Assembly (NCBI GenBank): GCA_015680685.1
Contig: MNCI01000556.1
Span: forward strand, 1,703,634-1,767,633
Length of the DNA stretch: 64,000 nucleotides
Source of the DNA: Gnetum montanum
Taxonomy: Eukaryota > Plantae > Gnetophyta
Direction of reading: 5' to 3'
Both the position numbers and the translations under genes were made by a program. A model generated the notes under the pieces. The model was not told the DNA's origin, did not search any database, and worked only from the letters and a program-made list of their open reading frames with translations. Below, one piece after another: positions 27,111 to 40,499 of this stretch (position 1 is the stretch's first letter; each line of letters starts with the position of its first letter).

Positions 27111-29224
27111 CCTTAGAACACTAACTTTGGTAATGTAACTAATGACATACTAGGGGTTATGAAGCTAAGACTATTTATCCACATAGGTTAAAAACTTTAT
27201 CTTAATACTTAATAGGTTAAATTTATATGTTTTAACAACTAAATTGATAGGCATAATTAGATAGTTCATGTTATGATCTCTTAAGGTATAATTTATGACA
27301 TCATTGTATTATTGGGTATCTAGATGATAAATCTGATCTTTCTATTGATTTTAAAAGGTTGAAATATATTATATGAGACTATTTATATGTTAAATATTAA
27401 CATCATATGTTTGAGTTATGGTAAATTAAGCTTTTGAGGGACTTCACGTACTATGTTGGGCAAGGACTAAAAATTAAGTTTTAAACTTTGGTGGCATAGA
27501 TCTGATTTCACCATTGCATCTAGGAGGTTGAAATATATGGGAAATGACTTTTTTTTTGTTGAAAAAGGATTCTTGAATTAAAAATTATGGCTTATAGAGT
27601 TGAAAATCTTAGGCACAGGAAATCAGACTTCGCAAGAGATCATCCATCCTAGTACTACTTTAGAGTGAATGCATTTAATTATAGAATTCTTATATCACTT
27701 GCTACCAACTTGCTTAATTCTTTTTATGGTAAATTTTTCTTCATGTTTTAAATTTAATTTTTACTACAATTTTGCAATTGTTTTCAAATTTTCAATTAAC
27801 TAATGTAAAATTTTATAGTAGGTGTAGTAGGTAGGGAGGGTTTCAATAGCATTCAATGCCTTACATGCAGTAGATAGTGATCAGGGATGCTACTTGGTCC
27901 TTTTTAGACTAGTGTGGCTGCATACAGGGTTGTACAACCCTACAGGATAGCATGACCCTTACGAGACAAGGTGGCCCTCACAAATTTTTTTCTTAAATAT
28001 ATTTTATGTTTATTTATTTTCAAACATGCAACCTCATATTTTTAATTAATTATTTATTATTATCATTTTTATTTTAATTATTATATTTAATATATGTTAA
28101 TTTTTAGTTTTAAAATTTGTATAATATATACATATTTATATCACCATGGTTCTTGGTCAGGTAGTTATCACAACTAGACCTAAGAGTTGGGTTAAAGAAT
28201 TTTGAGCTAACAAGTTTGATCCTAAGTCCTAAAATTATGGCATTATGATTTTTCTTAACATTTTATTATTATTTTATTTTAGCACACATAACAAAAAAAC
28301 TTAAACATTGATATCTCTAAAATCATTATTCCAATTAAGATGAAATTTATACTATTGGAATCGTTTCGACAAGTACTACAAGTTGGCTATGATTTTAGGG
28401 TCCAAAATCTAATTTGAATATCCAAGATTTTAAAGAACCAAGATAACTTATTTTGCCAAATTAACATTCCTAGGCTGATAGATAGACAAAATTATGACTT
28501 CTAGATGATTCCAATAATTATAAATGATATCCTAACACTTAAATGAAAAACATGATACTTTTACCATATGATTTGGGGACTATGATATAATCTTATTCTC
28601 TGACATCAAGATGATGTCCTAGGTGTTAAGGATAAACAAGGCATTATAACATTATCCCTCAAGTACTTTTTTTTTATATGAATCTCATAGAAATGAATCT
28701 TTATTGGTTGAGTAGAAATGAGATAATCTCATGACTAGGTTGAATCCCTTATATTTACCAATACATGAATCCTAGGTAATATGAGTATTGCCAAGTTTAT
28801 AGGAGTAAGGTATTTAGAATACTAATTTTCAAACAAGACCAAACCAACTCAAGTCATAGTAATTAATCTTCTAGAAGGACATTAATGATGACCTAAATCC
28901 ATTACATTCTAACACTAATATAAGATGAGCAAGAGTTACATGGATTAGTGTTTTACCAATGTTTCTTGCAATTGACATGCCTTGGTGAGGCATAGTCAAA
29001 TCTCCTAAATGCTAATATCCTTGAATGAATCTTGGTTGGTGAGGTTCATGTTCAACATGATACAAGTTATCATTCTTTTATAGATGTTTGTATCATCTTG
29101 CACATGTGACATATCTAGTGGTGGTCTGTGGCTCTCCTTGGATCTTGGCTCCATGGTTAATCATCAACCTATAGTTGGTCCATGATTTTGATTGGCCCTT
29201 GGGTTGTGGTTTACTTCGATGCCA

Positions 29225-29760
29225 TTGGATGTCATGGAAAACATCAAATATAGGTTATATTAGACATTATTCATAAGGAGAAAATATACCAAACATCATA
29301 TATATGTAACATTTGACATTTCACATAAACAATAATAGGAAAAAATGTAAAAGGAAAAAATAAGAATACTTTATTAATGCAAAATAGTGTATTTGGATCA
29401 TGCTCTATTCCTTTGGCATCTATCCCTTAAAGGTAACCCAACACTGCTACCATGATTAGGCCCACAACTAGCCAGAAGAGATGGCTAGTCCTTTTCCTCT
29501 CCCACTTCACTTGACACCTATTACTCACCTTTTACCAACTTTGCAACTTCATGTTGATATGACCTCTAAGCTTGGGTATATATACTTGAGGTCAAATAAC
29601 CAAAGGTCACCTCAATAGACATGTTCATTATTATAATACATCCTTTTAGGTCTTAATTACAAGTTCCCTTTTCAGTCTTGTTATGCTAATGATAACATTT
29701 TTTATGAAGAGGCACCATCTTTCTTATGTAGCAACAACTTTTGGAAATGGGGACATTACA
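29225..29760. mobile_element. LTR remnant ending ggggacattaca (related copies at 41570-41815 and inverted at ~39720-40440)
   Basis: Shared blocks such as gatgtcatg..atcaaatat..tattagacatta and atagtgtatttggatcatgctct. Termini TGTAACATCC / GGGACATTACA. Confidence 0.6.
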
Positions 29761-31300
29761 TATAGTTTATTAGATCTAATGTGATGAAAATAAAATTATT
29801 TCTTACCTTCTAGATTAGGCCATGAATATGTTAAAACATTCTGCTTAAATAGTTGGCAAATATACTTAGGATTTTTTTGCACATCCTCCAAGAAATATTT
29901 CATTTTCTGAACCATAGCATCCCCTAAAGAGATCAATTGTCGTCTTGTAAATCCTTAAGAACTAGTTTAGAAAATTTATCTTTCCATAAGATAAGTAAGA
30001 TATAATTGTATGTAGTGAATTAACATAAGGCTTCTACATCTAAAGATAATAAATCATATTTACACAATAACATTGAGTAAGATATTAATATCTTCACTAT
30101 TAACTCATCAAGAAGAAAAATTTTTTATACTCTTTTAATATCTTTCCAAAGTTTGGAATTTAGTCTAGGTCCCAAAAATAGAATATTCATATAATCTAAT
30201 AAGATGGATTATAGTTTGAAAATTTTATTTTTTCACTTTCTAAGCCCAAATTCCTAAATCCTTTTACTTTCTTATGAAAGTATACAAAGCCTTGAAACCT
30301 TTGATATTCTTTCTTTGATATACTTTCCTGACATGTAATTGTTCATATAAATGTGATCCAAGTATTTTAAAAAATCTACTATTTGTACATGGATCCCTTC
30401 AAAATAGAAGTTATAACATATATTTCTTGTGTTCCAGATTATCAATTTGGTTGTATCCACATTTACTCAAATACTAGATGAGTGGAACTAATATTATAAA
30501 ATTTGCAATATGTTTTGCATACCTTCTATAGTAGTGGAGATTAAGGCAACATCATCTACATACAAATAAAGATTCCTTTGTTGTAATTCAATTTTGATAA
30601 TAGGACCATCTTGCCCATTACATAATCATTCTTGTGTTTTATCAATAAAAATACCAAAGAGAGTTAGATAAGTAAACAATCTTACTTAACTTCAATTTTT
30701 TAAAAAAATTAAAATTTTTTTCTTTGAATTACTATTTGTAGTTTCAATAATCACTTCTTCATACAATCTTTGAATTTCTTTATTCAAATCAAAGGAAATT
30801 AATTTTATATAAACATAACCATAGTTTTATCTAAACCAAAAAATTAGTTACTTTTAAAAAATTATAAAATAAATATAAACTTTTTTTGTTACACTAGTGA
30901 ACTGCTTTTATCTAAAACTTGCTTAATACTTTATCTTGACTTGGTTAACTATAGCTTAAGAATTAATTCTCTTTTCTAATAAACCATCTAAAAATTTATC
31001 AAAAATGTTATTCACAATAATTAATTGATAATTATTCAAACTATTTTTATTCAAATTTTCATATAAGCAAATAACCTTACTAGTTTTCTAATGTTGATGT
31101 AATTGTTCATCAATTGTTAAATTTAATTTGTGTCAAATGTTTCAATGAATAGTAGGTCTTTCTTACTTTAATAATTCTACATATAAACCATATCAATCTA
31201 TAGCTTTATAAGATTCTAGCTTTCTAATACCCTCTATAACTTTATTAAATGTAAGTTAGAGAGATGCTTGTTGTATAATAATAGTAGAATTATCATATTC
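29761..31300 (-). mobile_element. Non-L1 LINE relic, RT region (clade unresolved; RTE-X/CR1-L2-like)
   Basis: YVDDVALISTT (~30535-30565), decayed GVKQGCPLSPTLFGIFIDK (~30640-30690), FEGIHVQIVDFLKYL. Confidence 0.75.
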
Positions 31301-31309
31301 TCTTATAAA

Positions 31310-34300
31310 TAAAATGAAAAAAAGCTTTATTATGTTCAAATATCTATAGGATCTATTGAACACATATTACATTTCATGGAAAATAAAAATAGAATCTACA
31401 AATCGACCAAGAATCAATGGGAATATGAAAGACAAATCATACAGGCTTTTTGCTATAACATTATAACACTATCTCAAATTGGTAATCATATCACATGAAA
31501 TAAATTCATAACCTACAAGGGCTTCTAATATACATGTGCTATAACACTATCTCAAATGTAGCTTTGCAAAACCTTACATAGTGCACATGATTACCCATTT
31601 GAGAAAGTATTATATTCATAGTATTATGCTATGGGTAAACATAATAGTTAATGGGTAACTCATCTTCAATGTCTTCTAATATACATAACCTACAAATATG
31701 CTAGTATTGAAGGAGTTGAATCTAGCTTTCACTTTGAATTCTAAGATGAAAAGAACTTAAGAGAAGCTTTCTATTAGCATTTCAATACTTGTTGGGAATA
31801 GCAGCTAAGACATAGTGAGCTTCTACATCTAGTTTATTGGATCTAATGTGGTGTAAATAAAATTATCTCTTACCTTTTACAGTAGTCCACATTTGTATCA
31901 AAATAGTTTGCTTTTTCTTGACTAGTTGGTGAATATGCTTAGGATTTTGTTGTACATATTTTCAAAAGATATTCCATTTTCTCAACCATTGAATTCCCTA
32001 AAAATACCAACTATGATTTTTCAAATCCTTAAGAACTAGTTGAGAGAATTTTTCTTACCTTGAGATATGTAAGCTATAAGTGTATGTAATGAATTGGCAT
32101 AAGGCTTCTACTTCTAAAGATAGTAAATCACATTTAAACAATAATATTAATTAAAGTGTTTGTACCTTCACCTTTAACTCATCAAGTAGAAAAGCTTTTT
32201 GCATTCTTTCAATATTACTATTACTCTCAAATAAATTTCCTTTTCTTATTTCTAATCAAGAATATATATCCCTTAACTAAACTCTATCTGTTATTCTTGT
32301 TTTACATTCTTTATATTCAATCTAGCCTAAAAGCAATTCTCATCAAACCATGTCTTCTAACATCTTGTTGTTTGAATGTACAAGTTTCTTAGCAGCTATA
32401 AGTAAAATTTATCAACTTCTTATGCTATCTTTCAATAATTCGTTTTTTATGTGTTCCATCCATGGATATTTCTTTGACTTTTGAAATGACTTGATTTGGA
32501 ACCTTGAGGTCATGAGTTAAATTCTTATGGGTAATTTTGAGTTATATAAAGTTCTAATTGGATTGTATATCTTTGGGTGTTCCTATGTTTCAATTATTTC
32601 GACTTCTAACACCTCCAAACATTAGGATAACTTCGTATAAAATATTTTTTCTATTTCTATGTTTGGTAGTTTGAAGGAACCACCACTTGAAGTAATGGCA
32701 AGGTGGTTATTTCTCAAGTAATAAGATCTGAGTTTGATTTTTGGTCTAGTAGCTTGAAAGATGTTAAACGTTTGCTCATCCTTTGAAATTCCTAGGACTG
32801 CCATGGTGAGACAAGAATTGAGCTTGTAGGTGATGTTCCATTTTATTTGTTGTTGTTTGAGAAAAAATTTAATTTACAACAAAAGCTCTACATGATGATG
32901 CCATGACACTACGAAATCATTTCTAATTTTTAACTCTTTAATAAATTCAATGTCATTGCAAGAACATAAAAGAAAATCAATGCAAGAGTTATCCTAAATT
33001 CCTCTAAAAGTAAATGATCAAGATTGAGGAAATCTAGCAAGGCCATTGCAAACGACAAGATAAAAAATTTGTCCATTCTAATAGCTGTTGACCTATTTTA
33101 TTAATAGTATCATATTCAAAAAAAATTTCAATTTTAATCTTTAATAATTTCTAAATTATTGAACATTATGTTACCACTTAATAACTTTTTTTTGGTGGGA
33201 ACCTATACTTGAACAATATTCAATGTAGAAATCATAACTATTTCTTCATTCTAGATAGAGTTAAACATACAAAAGGATATCATAAATTTTTCCACAACTG
33301 CAAAGACATTATTTAATAGCTTCATTATTCAACATGCCACCAAATATATTTAACAATTATGTATTTTTGAAAAATTCAAAGTTGTTAGAGAAATGAGTAC
33401 TTACAAAGCAATGGTAAATATATTTTTGAAACTAAGACTTAAATATTTACTTACACTGAGATTGCTTTGGTTCAAAATTTCTTTAATAGAATTTTCTATT
33501 CGAATAGAGCAAGGTGAAGTATGGGCAACTAGTATCTCACAATTGTATACAAGAAATTTATCTAGGGCATTATGAGAAATCAAACTAGGAAATCCTAGAA
33601 AATTTAGCTAACAAATGCCTAAAAAATTAATAAGGCGAAAGCAAGAAATTAGGTCAATCAAACAAAATTTGACAAATTTCAAAGCACTTCCTTCAAAATT
33701 AGGGCTACTACCTTCAAAATTACAACCACTACATTAATAGGAACATAAAAATATAAATTTGAATATATAGAAAATGAATAGAGAAAATATACATATGTTT
33801 TAGGCAATTAGCACAAAGCTTGCATGAAACTAGGGCCAAGTATAGAAGAGTTTGGGTGATGTGGTAGTAACCAAGAGCAAAAACCTTTAATCTTATGAAC
33901 AAAGTAAGCAAGAGTTCATGGTGGAGTATGGGCAATAGAAGCATGGTAGAGTATGGGCAAATTGTGCATAGTATTTGTTTAACAAGAGCTTGTGATTTTG
34001 AAAAGGTGTTAATGATTAAGGTATATTATAAATGTCCATTATAGATTTTCATTGTAATCAAGCTAAACAAAAAGTAATTAAACATGGAATTTTTATTTTA
34101 AGTATTTGTGGATTAACCACTAATCCTTTTCATAGTTAAAACATCATTTTTTGAATCTAAATTTAAAATATAATTATACTAATGTCACTTCATAGATAGT
34201 GCTATCCAAGCAATGAATGATGCATCTAAGAAAAATTGAAAAATGATATCTTAACGTATTTAATCAAATTCAAAGTAAGGCTAAAGTTACAATGGTATAG

Positions 34301-34400
34301 ATGATGCTTACAACTATTTGCCTAAATTTTATATATTTATTTACAATTCTATTGTAAATTATAATTTCATGAAATAATGAAATATGTGTTAAATACAGTG
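31310..34400 (-). mobile_element. Non-L1 LINE relic (EN domain + C-terminal Cys motif + 3' UTR; RT core deleted at ~32220)
   Basis: EN-type CNGLARFPQS..FTFRG..NSCIDF; WFDENC linker; LSSFHLRI...ICRLC..DIEDE C-terminus; AATAAA at ~31326. Confidence 0.7.
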
Positions 34401-34419
34401 TATGATAGATTTATGCTAA

Positions 34420-37090
34420 ACGTTGTAGTGGTTCTTGACTCTCTCAAATTTCAGAGCCTCATTCTTCTAGGTGATAATCTCAATCATAAATTTTTGGCAT
34501 AAGGCATGGACTTCCTCCATAGAGATGTTTCTTTTATCTTCTACCATTCTCCTCAGCTCAATGTTCATCCTAGCTTGTTGCTCCTATTATTAATGGATAA
34601 CTTCTTGCATTTGCTATTTCTACACATCAACATTCTACATGTGATGATTTTCTATAGTTAGTGTCTCATTCTCTAGGTACATTTGGATAAAATTCTTCTA
34701 AACTAAATATGTTCTATCCTTGACCACAAACTGGTCAAAGATATCCATCACTACCCATAATTAAACCTATTTGAGTCTATCTTGAAGCTATTGAAAAGCT
34801 TCATTTCTTGTTAATGCATGGTTGAGAAGTGTAGGATCACTAATGTAGGCTTTTAATCTGGAAACCTCTATCGCCAAGCATTAGTTTTGCGCATGAGCTA
34901 TTTTGAGTTATCCTTCTAGAATGATACATTTTCCATTTGCTTCAATTAGCTTTACCTAAGTTCCATTGATGTTATCTGAAAAATCAAAGATATCCACAAT
35001 CGGTTACCTGGTTCACACTAGTCAATCTAGCAACTCCTTGTGCTGGGCTATGCTCAATTAGTTGCTAATAGTCCCTGTGGATGTCTACACATCTCTAAGT
35101 ATAGAAACATCTAGTACATATGTTGTAAGTGCATTGAATACTTGGAAAATCCAATCAGCAACAATTTCTATTGGTGCTCCTATTCTTCATGCTACATCAT
35201 CAAGAAATTTTCACGCTCACCCTTCTCTAAGTGCATCAAAAAGGTAGTAGCATTATTAGAGATTTTAGAGAATTGCTATTGTTATGAGAGAGGCACTGTT
35301 ACCTCTCAGGCACTATGATTTGACCCTAGAAGTAGTTGTGTTCTTTGGTTTGAGAATATTGGCCTACCTCCTTCCATCTAATTGATTATTTGAGCCACTT
35401 CGTTAATGTGACTCATTATAAGATGGTACATAGATGGATCCCCATCACTTGTTGCTGCTTGTTACTCTTGCTCACATAATATATGCTCTCAAATTTTGAG
35501 TAGGTGTTTAATGGTTTCATGGACCTCCAACATTGTTTCTTAAGTGGGTGGTGGAGATGGTGGTTGTTGCTCCTCTTATTTGAACATAGCAGGAGTCTTA
35601 TCTTTCATCATCTTAGACCAAGAGGCAATGGAAGTATTCTTATTTATGTGATTGTCATAGTAGACTATCCCTATCCTTTTATAGAGTTTTTTGATAAGGC
35701 ATGGAAAGGATAGGGTTTTCCTTCCATATTAATTTCCCTTAAAACACTTTTCCATCTCCAAATATATTAACTATGGAAGGTTAATAGAAACTTTTTTACT
35801 AAAAGAGGTACATGTTTGGGTGGAAAAGGTTGTTACCTTGTTAGGCCTCATTGTCAAATTGAGGATATAAGACACTATCTTGAACTATATACACTCTACT
35901 AGTGTGAGCATGTCAAACTCCTTATGGGAAATCCCATAACACTGTTGGATCCACTCCCTTTTTTCCTTGTGATCTACATGCATGGAGGTCTCTACATATG
36001 AGTGCTAGAATTAGGTAAACCAAGAGCCTACACAATAGATTATACAAAGTAACACATCTGAATGTCCTTGATTCTCATAGTGGCTCCTACCTTTCTGATG
36101 TTGCAAAAGAGATATCTATCTTCCATCTATCACTACCCACTAAAAGTGATGATTGGCCATATGGGAGATTTTTGCAACTAAGTTTGACTTCTGGTGGAGC
36201 ATTTTCTAAGAATGGCCCAAAGTTTAGGTCTTAAAGAACTAAGCATTGGACATCATGAAGCTTGATCGTGTCATGGAAAGCTTGTGTAAATGTGACCTCA
36301 AGTCTTGGTATAAGCCCTAGTCCCTTCCCTCTTTCAGATTGTTCTATTCTAGCCTCTTCTTTTGGAATCTATTAGACATATTCCACTTTGGGCTCCTCCC
36401 AAAGAGGTCCCATTGCATGAGATTATACTACCTACTATTGGGCTTATTCTTGCTATTCCCTTCTAGCTCTGGGTCATTTATCCTTTTCTTCTGATGGTTC
36501 TCCTTCCTATGACCATTTTGGTCTTTATGCCATCTATCATCACAACATGACCAAGGATTAACATTTACTGTGTAACTTGAAATAATTGAAATACCTCATC
36601 TCTTTGGAAAAGTTACACCTGGCTAAGTTGTAATCATGGTTGATTTGATCATTTTAATTATTTTTTATTCTTATTTTAATATTAATAATTAAATTAAGAT
36701 TTACAAGAGTTTTTTTGAATGATTAAACTCTCAAAAATTGATTGTTTAATATTATTTTATTTATTAACCCTTTGGAGGAGTTAGAAAAATTTTTGTTAGA
36801 AACCTTAAGGTTTGTGTCCCCCATGATTAAGAGCTTACCTTTGATAGCTACAAGATTAAAGAATGGAGTGATTTAGAAAAATGGTGTGAACGTTATGGGC
36901 TCTAGAAGGTTTTGGGCTCTCAAAAATTGCAAAAAATCCCCACTCATTTTGAAGAAAATGACAAAAAAATTCAAATTTTTGGGTAGTATTTATAGAATTT
37001 TTACACTATGTCAACTGGGCCTAGTCAACGAGGCCTAGTTGATTCAACCGACTATGTCGACTAGGCTTAGTTGATGTAGTTGTTGCTCAT
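34420..37090 (-). mobile_element. Athila-like fragment E: accessory ORF copy 4 (ATG 36531-36533) with internal promoter
   Basis: Similar NFGPF, WPI and NLP..Y blocks. TATA rc at 36987-36995 with GTCGAC/GTCAAC repeats at 37010-37085. Confidence 0.65.
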
Positions 37091-37139
37091 TTTTGAATTT
37101 GTCAAAAATAATAACAACCAAGGAGTTTTCCAATGAATT

Positions 37140-39720
37140 TTGAGTCAAATTTATATAATTAATTTGCATAAGTCTTTTGCTTCTAAAAGTAGTACATCAC
37201 CTTTACATAACAATAATGAGCATTGTATTTACATCTTCAAATTTAACTCATCAAGTAGAAAAGTTTTTTGCACTCTTTCAATATCTTTCCAAAGTTTAGC
37301 ACTAACTCCAGGTCCCCAAACAATGCATCCATACAATACAATAAAATATATGATGCTTTAAAAAAATTATTTTATTTTTTGACCTTTTAATTCCAAAGGC
37401 CTACATCCTTACACTTGATTTTGAAACCATATAGCACCTTGAAACCTCATGCTATTTTTTCATTGATGCACTTCTTCCACATATAATTGTTCATATAAAT
37501 GAGATTCAAATATTTAAATGAATTTACTATTTGCATATTAGTACCTACAAAATGAAATTTATACTAGTTTATAAGTGGTTTATTGTAAAACAAGAAAATA
37601 TCTTCGAAGAATAATTAAATTATGGTGAGGGTTTATGATGAAAATATTATTAGAATTCTCTAGGCTCCTTTTTTATATTGTCAATAAAATATTATTGTTT
37701 CTCTAAGATAAATTTCTTATTCTTGGCTCTAATCAAGCATTTATATACCTTAACTAAACTTTGTCTGTTATTCTTATTTTACATTCTTAATAGTCAATCT
37801 AGCCTAACAAAAATTCTCACCAAACCATGTTTTCTAACACCTTATTGTTTAAATGTACAACTTGCTTGGCAACTATAAGCAAAATTTATCAACTCCTTAT
37901 GCTATCTTTCAAGAAATCATTTTTTATGTGTTTCATCCATATATATTTCTTTGACTTTTAAAATGGCTTGATTTAGTAAGACACTTGGTTTGGAAGCTAT
38001 AGGTCATGGGTTTGATTTTGATGGGTAATGATAAGTTATATGGAGTTCTAGTTGGACTCTATATCTTTGGGTGTTCCTATATTTCATTTATTTCAAGCTC
38101 TAACACCCTCCAACTTTAGGATAACTTTGCATGAAGTTTTTTTTATTCCTATTTTTTGTTGTTTAAAAGAGCCATCACTCGAAGTGATGGTAAAATAATT
38201 ATTTCTCAAGTCATAAGATCTAAGTTTGAGCTTGGTGTAGTAACTTGAAAGATGTTAGACTTTTGCACATCCATTTACCCTCACTTTGGTTATTTGAGCA
38301 TTGAGCCTCTAGGTGATGATTCTTTTTAATTTTTTGTTGTTTAGGTAAATAATTAATTTTAAAAAAAATTATACATGATAATGTCAATACTCTACTAAAT
38401 CATTACTAATTTTAAACTCTTTGATAAATTCAATTTCTTCATGAGAGAATAAAATAAATTCAATGCAAGAGTTTCCCTAAATTCCTTTAAAAGTAAATGA
38501 TGAAGATTGAGGAAATCTAGCAAGGCCATTGCAAATAAGAAAATAAAAAAATTTTCCATTCTAGTAGTTGTTAATCTATTTTATTAATAGTATCATCTAC
38601 AAAATTTTTTTCAATTGTAATCTTTAATAATGTCTAAATTATTAGACATTATGTTGTCCCTTAATAATTTTTGCATGGCGAGAACCTGTACTTGAATAAT
38701 GTTTCAATGTAGAAATAATAATCATTTCTTCATTCTAGATATAGTTAAACATACAAAAGGATATGATAAATTCTACCACAAGTGTAAAGAAATTATTTAA
38801 TAGTTCCATTATTCAACATGCCACCAACTATATTTAACAATTATATATTTTTAGAAAACTCAAAGTTGTTAGAACAATCCCTACTTATAAACCAATGGTA
38901 AATGTATTTTTGAAAATAAAACCTAAAGATTTACTTACACTGAGACCCCTTTGGTTCAAAATTTCTTTTATGGAATTTTCTATCTGATGAGAGCAAGGTG
39001 GAGTATGGGCAACTAGTATCTTGTAGTCATATACAAGAAATTTAACTAGGGCATGTTGGGAAATCAAAGTAGGACATACTAGAAAATTAAACTAATAGAT
39101 GCCTAGAAAATTAATAGGTTAACGACAAGAAATTATGTCAATTAAACAAAATTTGACAAATACCAAAGCACCTCCTTCAAACTTAGGCTACCACCTTTGA
39201 AATTATGACCACTACGTCTTTCTAATAAGAACATAAAAATCTACATTTGAAACTCTAGAAAATGGATAGTGCAAATATACATATGTTTTAGGTAGTTAGC
39301 ACAAAGCTTGCATGAAACTAAGGCCAAGAATAGAAATGTTTGGATGATGTGGTTGTGACTAGAAGAAAACACCTTCAATCTTTTGAGCAAAGTAATCTTT
39401 CAACAGCAAACACCTTTAATCTTCTAAATAAAGTAAGTAGGAGTTCATGGTGTAGTATGGGTGATAAGAGCATTGTAGAGATTGGGCAACTTGCTTGTAG
39501 TATTTATCCAATAGGAGCTCATGATTTTGAGAATGTGTTTACGATTAGGGTATATTATAAATGTCCATAATAAATGTTCATTTTAATAAAACTTAGGAAG
39601 AAATAATTGAACATGGAATATGTATTTCAAATATGATGTGGGGACCACTTCAACTTCCTTTAAGCTGAACAATTCCATTGTAAATTGTAATTTAACTATA
39701 TGCATGAATATGTGTTAAAT
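37140..39720 (-). mobile_element. Non-L1 LINE relic, duplicate of ~32090-34400
   Basis: Colinear similarity including the EN motifs, the same embedded short repeat and the same 5' flank. Confidence 0.75.
37963..38112 (+). repeat. tRNA-like short repeat (SINE-like or TRIM-LTR-like); other copies 32486-32620, 43464-43610, and a minus-strand fragment ~42520-42580
   Basis: A-box-like tggcttgatttagtaag, anticodon-arm-like cttggtttggaagc, B-box-like ggtttgatt, followed by a shared ~90-bp body. Confidence 0.55.
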
Positions 39721-40499
39721 ATATTGTAGGGAAGATCAAAGTAGAGGATGGGTGATTTAGGCAAGACCTAGCAAACATTTACTACTTTTCTCAGACAACC
39801 TACCCATCACCAAAGGTGGCAAGTTTGAAGTTAGCAGAAGCAATGTTGGGGCCCATATCATTGTTGGGCCCAATTTTAATTCATGGTTGATAGAATCTTA
39901 ATTCACCTCTTTCTATTAATAGAATAATTAATGTCAATTATTAACATGATAGATTTATTTTCCATAGATATCTTTCTCAAAAATATCTTTATTCTAGATT
40001 ATATTGTAGAATATTGAAACCATATTTTAAAAGGAGATATAAAAATATTAGAGCTTAAAGAAAGATCCATATGTAAACTTATTTGAGAATGAACAAAAGC
40101 TTAGGAGAGTTTTTTATCACATCTATATTTCTAAATGGTGTCATTCCATAACTAGGTGTTGTAATTATTATTATAAGACCCTTAATGAAAGGGCATATTG
40201 TAATTATAGATGTGCCTCTTGAGAAAACCTTTGAGGATTTGACCTAGGGTATTTATACTAGTAATCTTAAAGGATATACTAGAATGCAATTATAGAATCA
40301 GTAATAGTGGGTAATGGAAGCTAAGTGAAGTGGGACAAGGAAGGCAGTGATTATCCCTTCTTGCTAAGTTTAGGCATAACTATGGTAGTAGTTTTGGATT
40401 GCTTCTAAGGGATAGATATCAAAGAAAGAACATTTCATGAATACTGTGCATGACTTAGATTCATTCAATCAATTCTAATGTTCTTATTTATAGATTTTC

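Noticed and set aside
27300-28560. Possible DNA-transposon or MITE ends with internal direct repeats
   Set aside because: I could not define TIRs or a TSD, so no feature is called.
37963-38035. Functional tRNA gene
   Set aside because: Stems and boxes are degenerate and it is fused to a repeated non-tRNA body.
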